Shown here in pieces: positions 7,055 through 14,549 of a stretch of DNA of 47,915 nucleotides. Both the position numbers and the translations under genes were made by a program. Under the pieces are notes generated by a model, which worked only from the letters and a program-made list of their open reading frames with translations, was not told the origin of the DNA and did no database searches. Source of the DNA: Escherichia phage vB_EcoS-BECP10; the sequence record MW286156.1. One strand, written 5' to 3'. Positions within the stretch are counted from its first letter, which is position 1; each line of letters starts with the position of its first letter.

Positions 7055-7228
7055 TTAGTCTGCGATAATGAATTCCACCAGTTCTCCATCAATGGGAGCG
7101 AAGATCCAAGTCATGTCATCGCCATAAATCTTATAATTACCATCCCCCTGGTACTCACCACTGTAAGGGTTGTTTACAGTGAAAGGTAGTGATTTTGATT
7201 TGTTGCTAACGCAGAATAATTTAGTCAT
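7055..7228 (-). CDS. Hypothetical small protein (57 aa)
   Basis: Hand-translated ORF with RBS AAGAG; below track cutoff. Confidence 0.3.
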   Translation of the reverse strand: MTKLFCVSNKSKSLPFTVNNPYSGEYQGDGNYKIYGDDMTWIFAPIDGELVEFIIAD

Positions 7229-7240
7229 TTTGATAATCTC

Positions 7241-7429
7241 TTAACGGTTTACGCAAATAAGTGTGTTTACATTAATTGGGAAGCAGTTACCACCAATGGT
7301 CTTAATCATTACGAAAATACAGCCAGGGTAATACTCAAGGCTTGTAGCCTTAACTACCTGCGGTGGGCAGTTTAAGAACAAAACTTCATCACCCACCTTA
7401 ACCATGTCGGCTTTAATTGTTTGAAGCAT
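7241..7429 (-). CDS. Hypothetical protein (62 aa)
   Basis: ORF track; start overlaps the stop of 7429..7614. Confidence 0.4.
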   Translation of the reverse strand: MLQTIKADMVKVGDEVLFLNCPPQVVKATSLEYYPGCIFVMIKTIGGNCFPINVNTLICVNR

Positions 7430-7614
7430 TAGCGCTCTCCAAGTGCATCTAGGATTGCGTAGGCAATTTCACGAGCATTTTTAGCAGTAAGATTGATAGT
7501 GTCAACTTTTACATCTTCTTCGCTAGAGCCGTATGCCTGCGCAATCTTAAAGGTCTTACCAAAACCAACATCTTTAACTTCGATTTGTGCATCTGATTGT
7601 GTGAATTTAGCCAT
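7429..7614 (-). CDS. Hypothetical protein (61 aa)
   Basis: ORF track; first gene downstream of module 9; RBS AGAGGA. Confidence 0.5.
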   Translation of the reverse strand: MAKFTQSDAQIEVKDVGFGKTFKIAQAYGSSEEDVKVDTINLTAKNAREIAYAILDALGER

Positions 7615-7691
7615 CTTTGTATCCTCTCGTTTGTTTAGATGGGGTAACTATACCCCATCTTTTGATTTTCGTTTTAGCAATTCGTGCTATT
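7615..7691 (-). promoter_or_regulatory. Promoter module 9 (minus): IR 7675-7689, hairpin overlapping TATAGT, leader variant CATCTAAACAAACGAGAGG
   Basis: Minus-strand reading AAATAGCACGAATTGCTAAAAC then GGGGTATAGTTACCCC and a box-2 variant. Confidence 0.55.
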
Positions 7692-7953
7692 TAGACTTTA
7701 TTTGACTCCACTATATAGCACTCAAGGACAATCTTTTTATCATCAACATTCATCGTGCTGTGATTAAGCCAATCAACAACCGTTCTTAATTCCACTCATT
7801 CATGGTAAATCTCTTTTCCAAGTTCACAATACTGTTGAGATACCAATGGAGATGAAAGGCTTGCAACTAAAATCATCTCTGTAATCATTTTGATTCCTAT
7901 ATCTGTAGCTGACGCATCTCAAAAGCCTCGAAGGGCTTTAACAAAAAGTGATA

Positions 7954-9087
7954 TTATTTGAACATTTCTGGACGGCAGATAAAGCGACCAACCTCACCAA
8001 ACTCTTTATGATAGATGATTACCGCGGCCTGCCTTTGTGAGCGCCATCCACTATTCGCACTATATGCATCTGGTGAACCAATCTGACCATGAACCTCATC
8101 AATACCAAGATTTGTCTCTGTAATCTTCTGTGAATGCCAGTGGCCTGAGTGGGTGTATACATAATCACTTAAACCAAAGTCACGTCGCCAGTCAGTAGCC
8201 ATAACCGAAAGGCGAGTATCAGCTTTACGCATTTGATGCCCGTGAGTGAAACCAAGCATTGTAGAACCAAACTTAGTTACCATCATTGCCGCGGGACTAA
8301 CATCAATACTAACGCGTGGCTCTTCCTCATAAAATGCAGCAAGCGCAGCCCGCAACCAAACCATACCACTTTCATCATGATTACCAGATATAACTTTAAC
8401 CTCTACGTTTTCATGTTTGCTAAGCATGTTTCGAATTGCGCGGCGAACCGCTCGAATGCAAACATAAACAATCTTGGCGTAGCGACTGTCACTGTCCAGG
8501 ATGTGACCACTGGCTGGAGTTTTGGCTTCCAAAGAATCATAATGAAGCAGATCACCTCCTAGCACTAGTACAGCATTCTTTGAATTTGGAGATTTCTGTA
8601 TGGCGTAGTCAAAATAATCGTTCATTACTTTCTCTGCCGTTGCTGTGTCGTAGTTTTCTCCGCACTCATGCTTGTGGGCCATTGCGCCAATGTGAAGGTC
8701 AAATACTGGATACATAGCTAAAGTATCTTCATCAAAATTCAGACCTTCAGATTTAACTGCTTTTTCTTTTGGTAGCTCGCTAGAGAATGCCTCTCGCGCT
8801 TGATTCATCATCTCCTCAAGCTTCTCTGCATCAATAGAGGACTTAACCCATTGCAACTTCACATTGCCATCATTATCAACAAGGCTAGATACACCTTTAA
8901 CCATGTAGCCCTGAGGAATTAGGTTACTCACATCGCGACCGTGACCATCCCCAGCCTTAGCCAACTTGCTGCGACGCAGCTCTACGTTACGAATATTCAT
9001 ACCGTACTTCTCTGCGATTGCCTTGTTAGTCATACCGTTAGCCAGTTCTTGCTTTAACTCTTCGTTGGTGATTTTAGCTATAGCCAT
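7954..9087 (-). CDS. HTH-containing calcineurin-like metallophosphoesterase (377 aa; possible nuclease or phosphatase)
   Basis: Metallophosphoesterase motifs DLHIG, GGDLLHYD, GNHDE, THGH, HSGHWH; N-terminal HTH-like segment MTNKAIAEKYGMNIRNVELRR. Confidence 0.65.
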   Translation of the reverse strand: MAIAKITNEELKQELANGMTNKAIAEKYGMNIRNVELRRSKLAKAGDGHGRDVSNLIPQGYMVKGVSSLVDNDGNVKLQWVKSSIDAEKLEEMMNQAREAFSSELPKEKAVKSEGLNFDEDTLAMYPVFDLHIGAMAHKHECGENYDTATAEKVMNDYFDYAIQKSPNSKNAVLVLGGDLLHYDSLEAKTPASGHILDSDSRYAKIVYVCIRAVRRAIRNMLSKHENVEVKVISGNHDESGMVWLRAALAAFYEEEPRVSIDVSPAAMMVTKFGSTMLGFTHGHQMRKADTRLSVMATDWRRDFGLSDYVYTHSGHWHSQKITETNLGIDEVHGQIGSPDAYSANSGWRSQRQAAVIIYHKEFGEVGRFICRPEMFK

Positions 9088-9101
9088 TATTTAATTTCCT
9101 G

Positions 9102-9170
9102 TTAGCAGATTATGAAGTACATGATTATAAAGGTTAATGGCATAGCCATCAACGGTAGTAATGTTTTCAT
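9102..9170 (-). CDS. Possible 22-aa hydrophobic leader peptide (MKTLLPLMAMPLTFIIMYFIIC) between module 10 and the phosphoesterase gene
   Basis: Hand-translated; sits exactly between the conserved leader box and the RBS of the 377-aa gene; may be non-coding. Confidence 0.2.
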   Translation of the reverse strand: MKTLLPLMAMPLTFIIMYFIIC

Positions 9171-9243
9171 CTGAATCGTCTCTCGTTTCGATGAACACAC
9201 TATACGCCATCCATGGCGATGTGTTTTAACAAAAAGTGCTATT
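9171..9243 (-). promoter_or_regulatory. Promoter module 10 (minus): IR variant 9227-9241, hairpin CGCCATGGATGGCG, TATAGT, TTCATCGAAACGAGAG
   Basis: Minus-strand AAATAGCACTTTTTGTTAAAAC then hairpin, TATAGT and leader box. Confidence 0.6.
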
Positions 9244-9496
9244 TTACTTCTTTTAGCCAGTAATCAAGAAACTCAGTTTCTAGAGCAGAAATTGCTGGTG
9301 AATACTCACTAGGCATCATCATATTGCAACCTGGCGAATAGTACATCAACTCAGCTTTACCAATCTCAATTTGCACCAGTACATCGAGGTAGTCCGGAGG
9401 AATCCACTCAGAGAAAGGAATCTTCCGATAAGGCTTCTCACCAAAAAACACAACCTGATACTTACTCTCATCAAAATCTAGACCAGGTAAATTCAT
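9239..9496 (-). CDS. Hypothetical protein (85 aa)
   Basis: ORF track; TAG stop lies inside the IR of module 10. Confidence 0.45.
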   Translation of the reverse strand: MNLPGLDFDESKYQVVFFGEKPYRKIPFSEWIPPDYLDVLVQIEIGKAELMYYSPGCNMMMPSEYSPAISALETEFLDYWLKEVK

Positions 9497-9777
9497 TTCT
9501 TCGCACCTTTCTTAAATATCTTCTTACCTTCCTCACGATACATTGCGAGGCTAGGCGTTGCTGTAACTCTTACATACTTGCGTGGCCGCTGGTTCATATA
9601 ACTAAACTTCCCATTGAAAACTACAGATATGTCATCAATATCAAAGTATTTACCTATCATCTTGATGTCATCCTGCAATCCCGCCTCTCCACAATGCGCC
9701 CATACAGCGGCGCGTCCTGTTTCAACTATCATAGGCCGTAAGCCATTTTTAAATATTCTCGAGCGCACATCCAGCAA
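9493..9777 (-). CDS. Hypothetical protein (94 aa); 5' end overlaps a 41-aa ORF in another frame (9729..9854)
   Basis: ORF track; the true start or a frameshift is unresolved. Confidence 0.35.
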   Translation of the reverse strand: MLDVRSRIFKNGLRPMIVETGRAAVWAHCGEAGLQDDIKMIGKYFDIDDISVVFNGKFSYMNQRPRKYVRVTATPSLAMYREEGKKIFKKGAKK

Positions 9778-9854
9778 TATTCAGATCCAGTCTTAACTGC
9801 GTCATTTGCGAAAGACTGCGCAATCTCGAACATCTCTTTGTCTATAATTTTCAT

Positions 9855-9929
9855 CTCTTAACCCTCTCATTTGCTGATGTAATTAATATAATCCATCCTT
9901 GTATTTTAGTTTTAACAAAAAGTGCTATT
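9855..9929 (-). promoter_or_regulatory. Promoter module 11 (minus): IR variant 9913-9927 without a clear leader box
   Basis: Minus-strand AAATAGCACTTTTTGTTAAAAC followed by TATATTAAT; no CATCGAAACGA box. Confidence 0.45.
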
Positions 9930-10129
9930 TACTCATAAACAAGAAAACTTACATGCTTACCTTTCGCATCATTACACCCGTAGTACCCATCAAATTCATT
10001 ATGTAACTTCCATGCAAATCCGTCATCGCTAACTATTTCAACCTGGTCATTAATCGGGTCAAGTTTGAATTCATACTCATTGAGCAGGGTGAATGAGCCG
10101 TTCGTCATTACGCAAGTCGCAGTAATCAT
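9929..10129 (-). CDS. Hypothetical protein (66 aa)
   Basis: Internal Met of track ORF 9929..10147 giving ATGA coupling with the upstream gene. Confidence 0.4.
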   Translation of the reverse strand: MITATCVMTNGSFTLLNEYEFKLDPINDQVEIVSDDGFAWKLHNEFDGYYGCNDAKGKHVSFLVYE

Positions 10130-10344
10130 GAAAAATCCTCCTGGCAATCTTTCTTCATTTCTTCGATATCAGCAATCATTCGGTCGCGCCATGTTTCGAT
10201 ATCAGTGTTCAGATAATCCTCTTCGAAACTATAATCAAGACACCAAGCTAAATCCCAAACATCATTTTTATATCCAGCCTTACTCAACTCCTGCGCCGCC
10301 ATTGCCTGAAAGAGTTCCCATTGCTTATCAAAGGTTAATTTCAT
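10126..10344 (-). CDS. Hypothetical acidic protein (72 aa)
   Basis: ORF track; translationally coupled to upstream gene. Confidence 0.45.
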   Translation of the reverse strand: MKLTFDKQWELFQAMAAQELSKAGYKNDVWDLAWCLDYSFEEDYLNTDIETWRDRMIADIEEMKKDCQEDFS

Positions 10345-10538
10345 TATTCTGACACCTCATCAAATTTTTCGCCGAATGCGTTTTTAACAGTCTCTAAATC
10401 ATCTTTGTATGTTGGGCTAACTTCGAATGAGTAACCGTCTCCATCATCAAGAATATAACCCTCAGGGGTGATTGCTAATTCATATTCATAACCAGTTTTG
10501 CGTGACTTGTACAGCTTTTCAGTGTAGATAGTAGTCAT
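10344..10538 (-). CDS. Hypothetical protein (64 aa)
   Basis: Internal Met of track ORF 10344..10658; first ATG after module 12 with RBS AGAGAGAGA. Confidence 0.5.
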   Translation of the reverse strand: MTTIYTEKLYKSRKTGYEYELAITPEGYILDDGDGYSFEVSPTYKDDLETVKNAFGEKFDEVSE

Positions 10539-10614
10539 TTTGTTTCTCTCTCTTCGTTTCGATGAAGTAACTATATCGCATCCTTGCGAAATCTCTTTAG
10601 CAATTCGTGCTATT
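10539..10614 (-). promoter_or_regulatory. Promoter module 12 (minus): IR 10598-10612, hairpin TCGCAAGGATGCGA, TATAGT, TTCATCGAAACGAAGAG
   Basis: Minus-strand CAAATAGCACGAATTGCTAAAG, 22-nt spacer with hairpin, TATAGT, leader. Confidence 0.65.
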
Positions 10615-10986
10615 TGATAGATAATCTGTAATTGCCAACTTAAACATTTCAAACCCATAACAGATTGCCGCGTAACCTCCTGTTTCTGATACCTTTTCCA
10701 GGAACTCCTTTTGCTCCTTTGAAACCTTGCTATCTGATTTTATTGCTCGCTTAAGCTCTATTGCGGCAAAGCCATTTGGTCCAATCAGTAGAATATCTGA
10801 TACACCCTTAATTACTCCCTCCTGCTTGTCCTTCATTGCTGTGCCGATAGACTTGAGACCTTCATTCTTCACGTGAAAAGCAAATATCTCTGGATGGTTG
10901 TGGCGAACCCAAGCTATTGAATTTATTTGGTGAACAACCTCTTTAGCCTTGTCCGTGCTTGTTTTGTCGTGAAAAACCTTAACCAT
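10597..10986 (-). CDS. VRR-NUC domain nuclease (129 aa)
   Basis: PD-(D/E)XK-type motif DILLIGPNG...AAIELK; sits immediately 3' of the helicase gene. Confidence 0.6.
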   Translation of the reverse strand: MVKVFHDKTSTDKAKEVVHQINSIAWVRHNHPEIFAFHVKNEGLKSIGTAMKDKQEGVIKGVSDILLIGPNGFAAIELKRAIKSDSKVSKEQKEFLEKVSETGGYAAICYGFEMFKLAITDYLSNSTNC

Positions 10987-12929
10987 TAGAACTCCTTATT
11001 AGCAATATTATCGCCACCTTTAGCGGTCTTGCGGTGAGTTACCCTCTTAGGGGCATGGATATACTGCGCATACTCCATAATCTTGCGAGCATTGCGATAT
11101 GCAGCCATATATCGCTTAGCGTTCATGTCGACTACGTGACCTTTAATTCCATTGTTCAACCAGAGCGTTTTACATACTCGATGGTCAGACTCTACAAAGA
11201 AAACCTCATGAGCTTTGAATGTCCCACCCATGCCATCATCAAGGATGTAGTTGTAGATGATTCCTGATTGGTTCTTTGTTAGCCCAACCTTAAAGTCAAC
11301 AACATCAAACCAGTCGTTCTTGCGGTAATGTTTGCCGCTTAAGTTGAGATTTGGATCAAGCAAAGTGCAATCGCAACCCCTACAAATCTTAGCTGCAACG
11401 TCATTCTGAATTCCGCAGCCTTTAACGATAACCTTTCCGGTTCGTGGGTCTTTCTGGTCTTCACATGTGCGACTAACCCAGAAATATTCGCAGCGATTAT
11501 TATTCTCATCAATATGCATGCAACGTCGAGCAAAGAAGCTGTTCTCTGTTCCGCATACTGGACACTGCTTAGTCTCCTTGCCATTACTCTTTCGTAGCTG
11601 ATATTGAGCCTGCTCAAGAATTGGATTGAAGTACAATGATGCCATAGAGTCCATCGTTCCTGCGAAGTCCAGTACCAAATGGTCATTCTTGACCATTCCT
11701 TTATCTTCATGGAGCTTCTTAAGCTTACGCATTCCTCGACCAAGTAGCTGAACCAGGAGTGTAAGGCTACCAATCTTACGCAGAATAACGCTTGTATCCC
11801 ATGTAGGCACATTTACGCCAGTGGTTAGCGCCTGAACCTGAAAGCAATATTTAATCTCCCCGCTAAAGCACTTATCAAGCAACTCCTTGCGCTGCTTCTC
11901 GCCAGTCTTTCCAGTTATAATGCAGAACTTTTCACCTTCAGGAAGGTAACTTGCGGCTTCGTGGCAATGGCGCTCACCTGCGCATGTTACCAGAACTCCA
12001 TTCCTGTTTTTCGCGGCAAGCCATACTTTCTTCATTATCTCCGCTGTCATTGTTCCAGATGCCTGAATCTTTTTATCCATGGCTTCAAGCTGGGCTTTAG
12101 TGTAATCCTGAACACCATCTTCAGATGATGCATCAAACTCTGACAGGTCGTAACCAACGCCATCAGTAGCACCAAAGTTTGTCGGAACCACGGAACCGAA
12201 CTCGACCAGGTAGTTTGTATCGATATTTGTGACCGTCTCACGCCAAAATCCCAACTCCTTTTTGTTTTCAACAACTATTGGCGTAGTTCCACGGAAAGGA
12301 GAACCAGTCAGTCCAAAGATACGGAGATTCTTGCCATACTTAGCACGGCAGCGCTCCATTAAAGTCAGGATGATGACCGTATACTGGCTACGCCCCTTAT
12401 CTGATGCCTGTTGCGCAGTCTCATTGTTATCAATTGCCTCCGCTATGTCCTGGTCATCAATATGGTGACACTCATCAATAGCAACTACCGCAGGACAGAA
12501 ATCGCCAAGTGACTTCTTAAGCCCGCCAACTACTGTGCCCTCAGAGCCAACCACCACAGGGAAATAAGATGATTTTATTCCAAGCCCAGAGCAATAAATG
12601 GAGTTAGGAACCCCGTAATCAGAAATCTCAGAAGCATTCTGGCTAACCAGCTCTGCCTGACGAGCAAGAACAAGCATAGGCAAGCCAAGCTCAGAGCAAC
12701 GCTTAGCAACCATACCAAAAACCAGAGTCTTACCAGCAGAAACTGAAGCCATTGCGATAAATGGATGCTCATAGCGACTAATGCGCTTTGCAATCTCATT
12801 GTACATAACACACTGATAGCTATACGGAACCATACCGTTAGAAGAGGTGAATTTAGTTTGAATCTCTTTAATCTTATCTTCGCCCAATTCTTCAATCTGT
12901 TTTTGTATTGTTTTCAATCGGTTTTCCAT
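10986..12929 (-). CDS. SF2 DEAD/DEAH-box helicase with C-terminal Cys-rich zinc-ribbon region (about 647 aa)
   Basis: Walker A SAGKT, DECHH box, Cys cluster CPVCG...C...C; start placed at internal Met MENRLKT, which is the ATG positioned after a complete IR/-10/leader module. Confidence 0.75.
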   Translation of the reverse strand: MENRLKTIQKQIEELGEDKIKEIQTKFTSSNGMVPYSYQCVMYNEIAKRISRYEHPFIAMASVSAGKTLVFGMVAKRCSELGLPMLVLARQAELVSQNASEISDYGVPNSIYCSGLGIKSSYFPVVVGSEGTVVGGLKKSLGDFCPAVVAIDECHHIDDQDIAEAIDNNETAQQASDKGRSQYTVIILTLMERCRAKYGKNLRIFGLTGSPFRGTTPIVVENKKELGFWRETVTNIDTNYLVEFGSVVPTNFGATDGVGYDLSEFDASSEDGVQDYTKAQLEAMDKKIQASGTMTAEIMKKVWLAAKNRNGVLVTCAGERHCHEAASYLPEGEKFCIITGKTGEKQRKELLDKCFSGEIKYCFQVQALTTGVNVPTWDTSVILRKIGSLTLLVQLLGRGMRKLKKLHEDKGMVKNDHLVLDFAGTMDSMASLYFNPILEQAQYQLRKSNGKETKQCPVCGTENSFFARRCMHIDENNNRCEYFWVSRTCEDQKDPRTGKVIVKGCGIQNDVAAKICRGCDCTLLDPNLNLSGKHYRKNDWFDVVDFKVGLTKNQSGIIYNYILDDGMGGTFKAHEVFFVESDHRVCKTLWLNNGIKGHVVDMNAKRYMAAYRNARKIMEYAQYIHAPKRVTHRKTAKGGDNIANKEF

Positions 12930-13010
12930 AATATCAAATGCCTTTAATGTTCGTTCGATTGACGATATAATAACAGCCATCTAAACCAATGTTTAACAAA
13001 AAGTGCTATT
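12930..13010 (-). promoter_or_regulatory. Promoter module 13 (minus) for the helicase: IR variant 12994-13008, TATTAT, leader CAATCGAACGAAC
   Basis: Minus-strand AATAGCACTTTTTGTTAAAC, about 22 nt, TATTAT, leader, RBS AAAGG; divergent from the 13022 gene. Confidence 0.55.
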
Positions 13011-13021
13011 GAGGTGAGAAA

Positions 13022-13495
13022 ATGGATTCAATTGACAAGCGTACTCTTAATGGTAACAACGGAACAATTCGCACAGAAGACAAGAAGCCGCGTAAGCGTC
13101 CATCAGGTTACTATGTACTAAAGGATGAAGTGAGAGCGGGATTAAGGGCGCGCCTTGAGATTGTATTGGACTTCTACGGCAGCAAGGCCAATCTAGCTAA
13201 GCAGCTAAAGGTTACGCGCCAGGCTGTAGAAGAATGGTGTAAGCGGGGAATGATTTCAGCTCGCGGCGCACAGCTTGCGCATAATCGATATAAGCGAACT
13301 GGAGAGGGGTTCAGGGCTACATTCTGCCGACCTGATTTACAGTTCGACGGTAACGGCAAGCCTCTAACACTGCGATGCAAGAAGCGTCAGATGCTTCGAG
13401 TTGTTACAGAAGCTGAGTTAGCAACCAAGCCGCAGCGTAAATCATGGCGAAAGGTTAAGAAAGAAAGAGAAGAAGCACGAAAAGCTAAAGAGTAA
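13022..13495 (+). CDS. Basic HTH DNA-binding protein (157 aa), candidate transcription regulator
   Basis: HTH-like segment SKANLAKQLKVTRQAVEEWCKRGMIS; Lys/Arg-rich C-terminus; own RBS GAGGTGAG and own terminator. Confidence 0.5.
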   Translation: MDSIDKRTLNGNNGTIRTEDKKPRKRPSGYYVLKDEVRAGLRARLEIVLDFYGSKANLAKQLKVTRQAVEEWCKRGMISARGAQLAHNRYKRTGEGFRATFCRPDLQFDGNGKPLTLRCKKRQMLRVVTEAELATKPQRKSWRKVKKEREEARKAKE

Positions 13496-13502
13496 AAATT
13501 AA

Positions 13503-13532
13503 GGTTGTGCCATAATCGGTACAACCTTTTTA
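13503..13532 (+). terminator. Intrinsic terminator after the HTH gene
   Basis: Hairpin GGTTGTGCC-ATAATC-GGTACAACC followed by TTTTTATT. Confidence 0.6.
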
Positions 13533-13547
13533 TTGGATTAAATAAAA

Positions 13548-14471
13548 ATGAATTACGACAAGAATGAAGTAATACCTAAAATGGCTGGATTGTGGAAATC
13601 ATTTTATGCAAAGGAGCTTGGTTGGAATGATAGACACCTTAGCAAGAAGCACGGGCCGTGCCCTTATTGCTTTGGTACTGACAGATTCAGGTTTACAGAC
13701 GAAATAGGAAGCGAAAAAGGTAATGGGGCCGCAGTTTGCTCTAAGTGCGGCAGTGACTCAGGAATAGGCTGGGTTATGAAATGTTCCGGCCTTAGATTTG
13801 CGGAAGCTATAAATTTACTTGGCGACTGGCTTAATTTGACTCCCGTCGAAATCATAGTGAAGGCAAACAAAGCAGCGAGCCGAGTTCAGAGATATAACTT
13901 TGGCGCTCAGGCATCCATTGAATCAATCGAGAAGGTAATCTCTCGCACCAAGTCTGTAGAAATGACACAGCTTACGAGATTTGAAGCAATTATTACTGAA
14001 CGGGAATACAAAATAGGAATAAAGGGGTCTGGAGAAGAAATTATAGCCGAGCAATGCTTTATGGTTTACGAGGATGGTTTATCAGATGAGCCTTGTAACG
14101 TAAAGTTTATAGATGAAGAGGGTAATGAGTCATATCTCGCAAAAGACTACACTCGCGGCTCGGTTGTTCCGGTAAGTAAATGTAGTGATGGCGCTATCTA
14201 CCTCACTGTTGGCTGGATTAACGCACTACATGTATCGGCATGCACAAAAAGGACAACTTACGACTGCCTAACTCACCACAACTTAGAAATGGTTGCTTAT
14301 GAACTCAGGAATAAAGAGTGCAGGATAGCTTGCTTAGCTGATGAAAAGGAGTCGCTTTATGTTGCTGATGATAGAGGTCTAAAAGTCGTAATACCTAAAG
14401 GTGGCAATTTCAAGATGGGGCTTGAAAGAAGGTTATATAACCCGCAAGATCTGATAGATAAGCATTCATAG
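13548..14471 (+). CDS. DNA primase-like protein with N-terminal primase zinc-ribbon (307 aa)
   Basis: HGPCPYCFGTDRFRF...CSKCGS resembles the primase-helicase zinc-binding motif (CPxCGGxDRFxF). Confidence 0.55.
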   Translation: MNYDKNEVIPKMAGLWKSFYAKELGWNDRHLSKKHGPCPYCFGTDRFRFTDEIGSEKGNGAAVCSKCGSDSGIGWVMKCSGLRFAEAINLLGDWLNLTPVEIIVKANKAASRVQRYNFGAQASIESIEKVISRTKSVEMTQLTRFEAIITEREYKIGIKGSGEEIIAEQCFMVYEDGLSDEPCNVKFIDEEGNESYLAKDYTRGSVVPVSKCSDGAIYLTVGWINALHVSACTKRTTYDCLTHHNLEMVAYELRNKECRIACLADEKESLYVADDRGLKVVIPKGGNFKMGLERRLYNPQDLIDKHS

Positions 14472-14475
14472 CAAT

Positions 14476-14498
14476 CACCCTCTTCGGAGGGTTTTTTA
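14476..14498 (+). terminator. Intrinsic terminator after the primase gene
   Basis: Hairpin CCCTC-TTCG-GAGGG followed by TTTTTTATT. Confidence 0.6.
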
Positions 14499-14549
14499 TT
14501 GTATTTAATCTGATACAATAGGTTTCATCTATCAAATAGGAGAAATAAC

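Noticed and set aside
7921-7950. Degenerate IR-like sequence (AATATCACTTTTTGTTAAAG) with adjacent hairpin after the phosphoesterase gene
   Set aside because: Both half-sites are mutated and no -10 or leader follows; more likely a decayed copy combined with the terminator of the 377-aa gene than an active promoter
11339-11812. 157-aa minus-strand ORF in an alternative frame inside the helicase gene
   Set aside because: Fully embedded in the helicase coding region in another frame; odd composition; no start context
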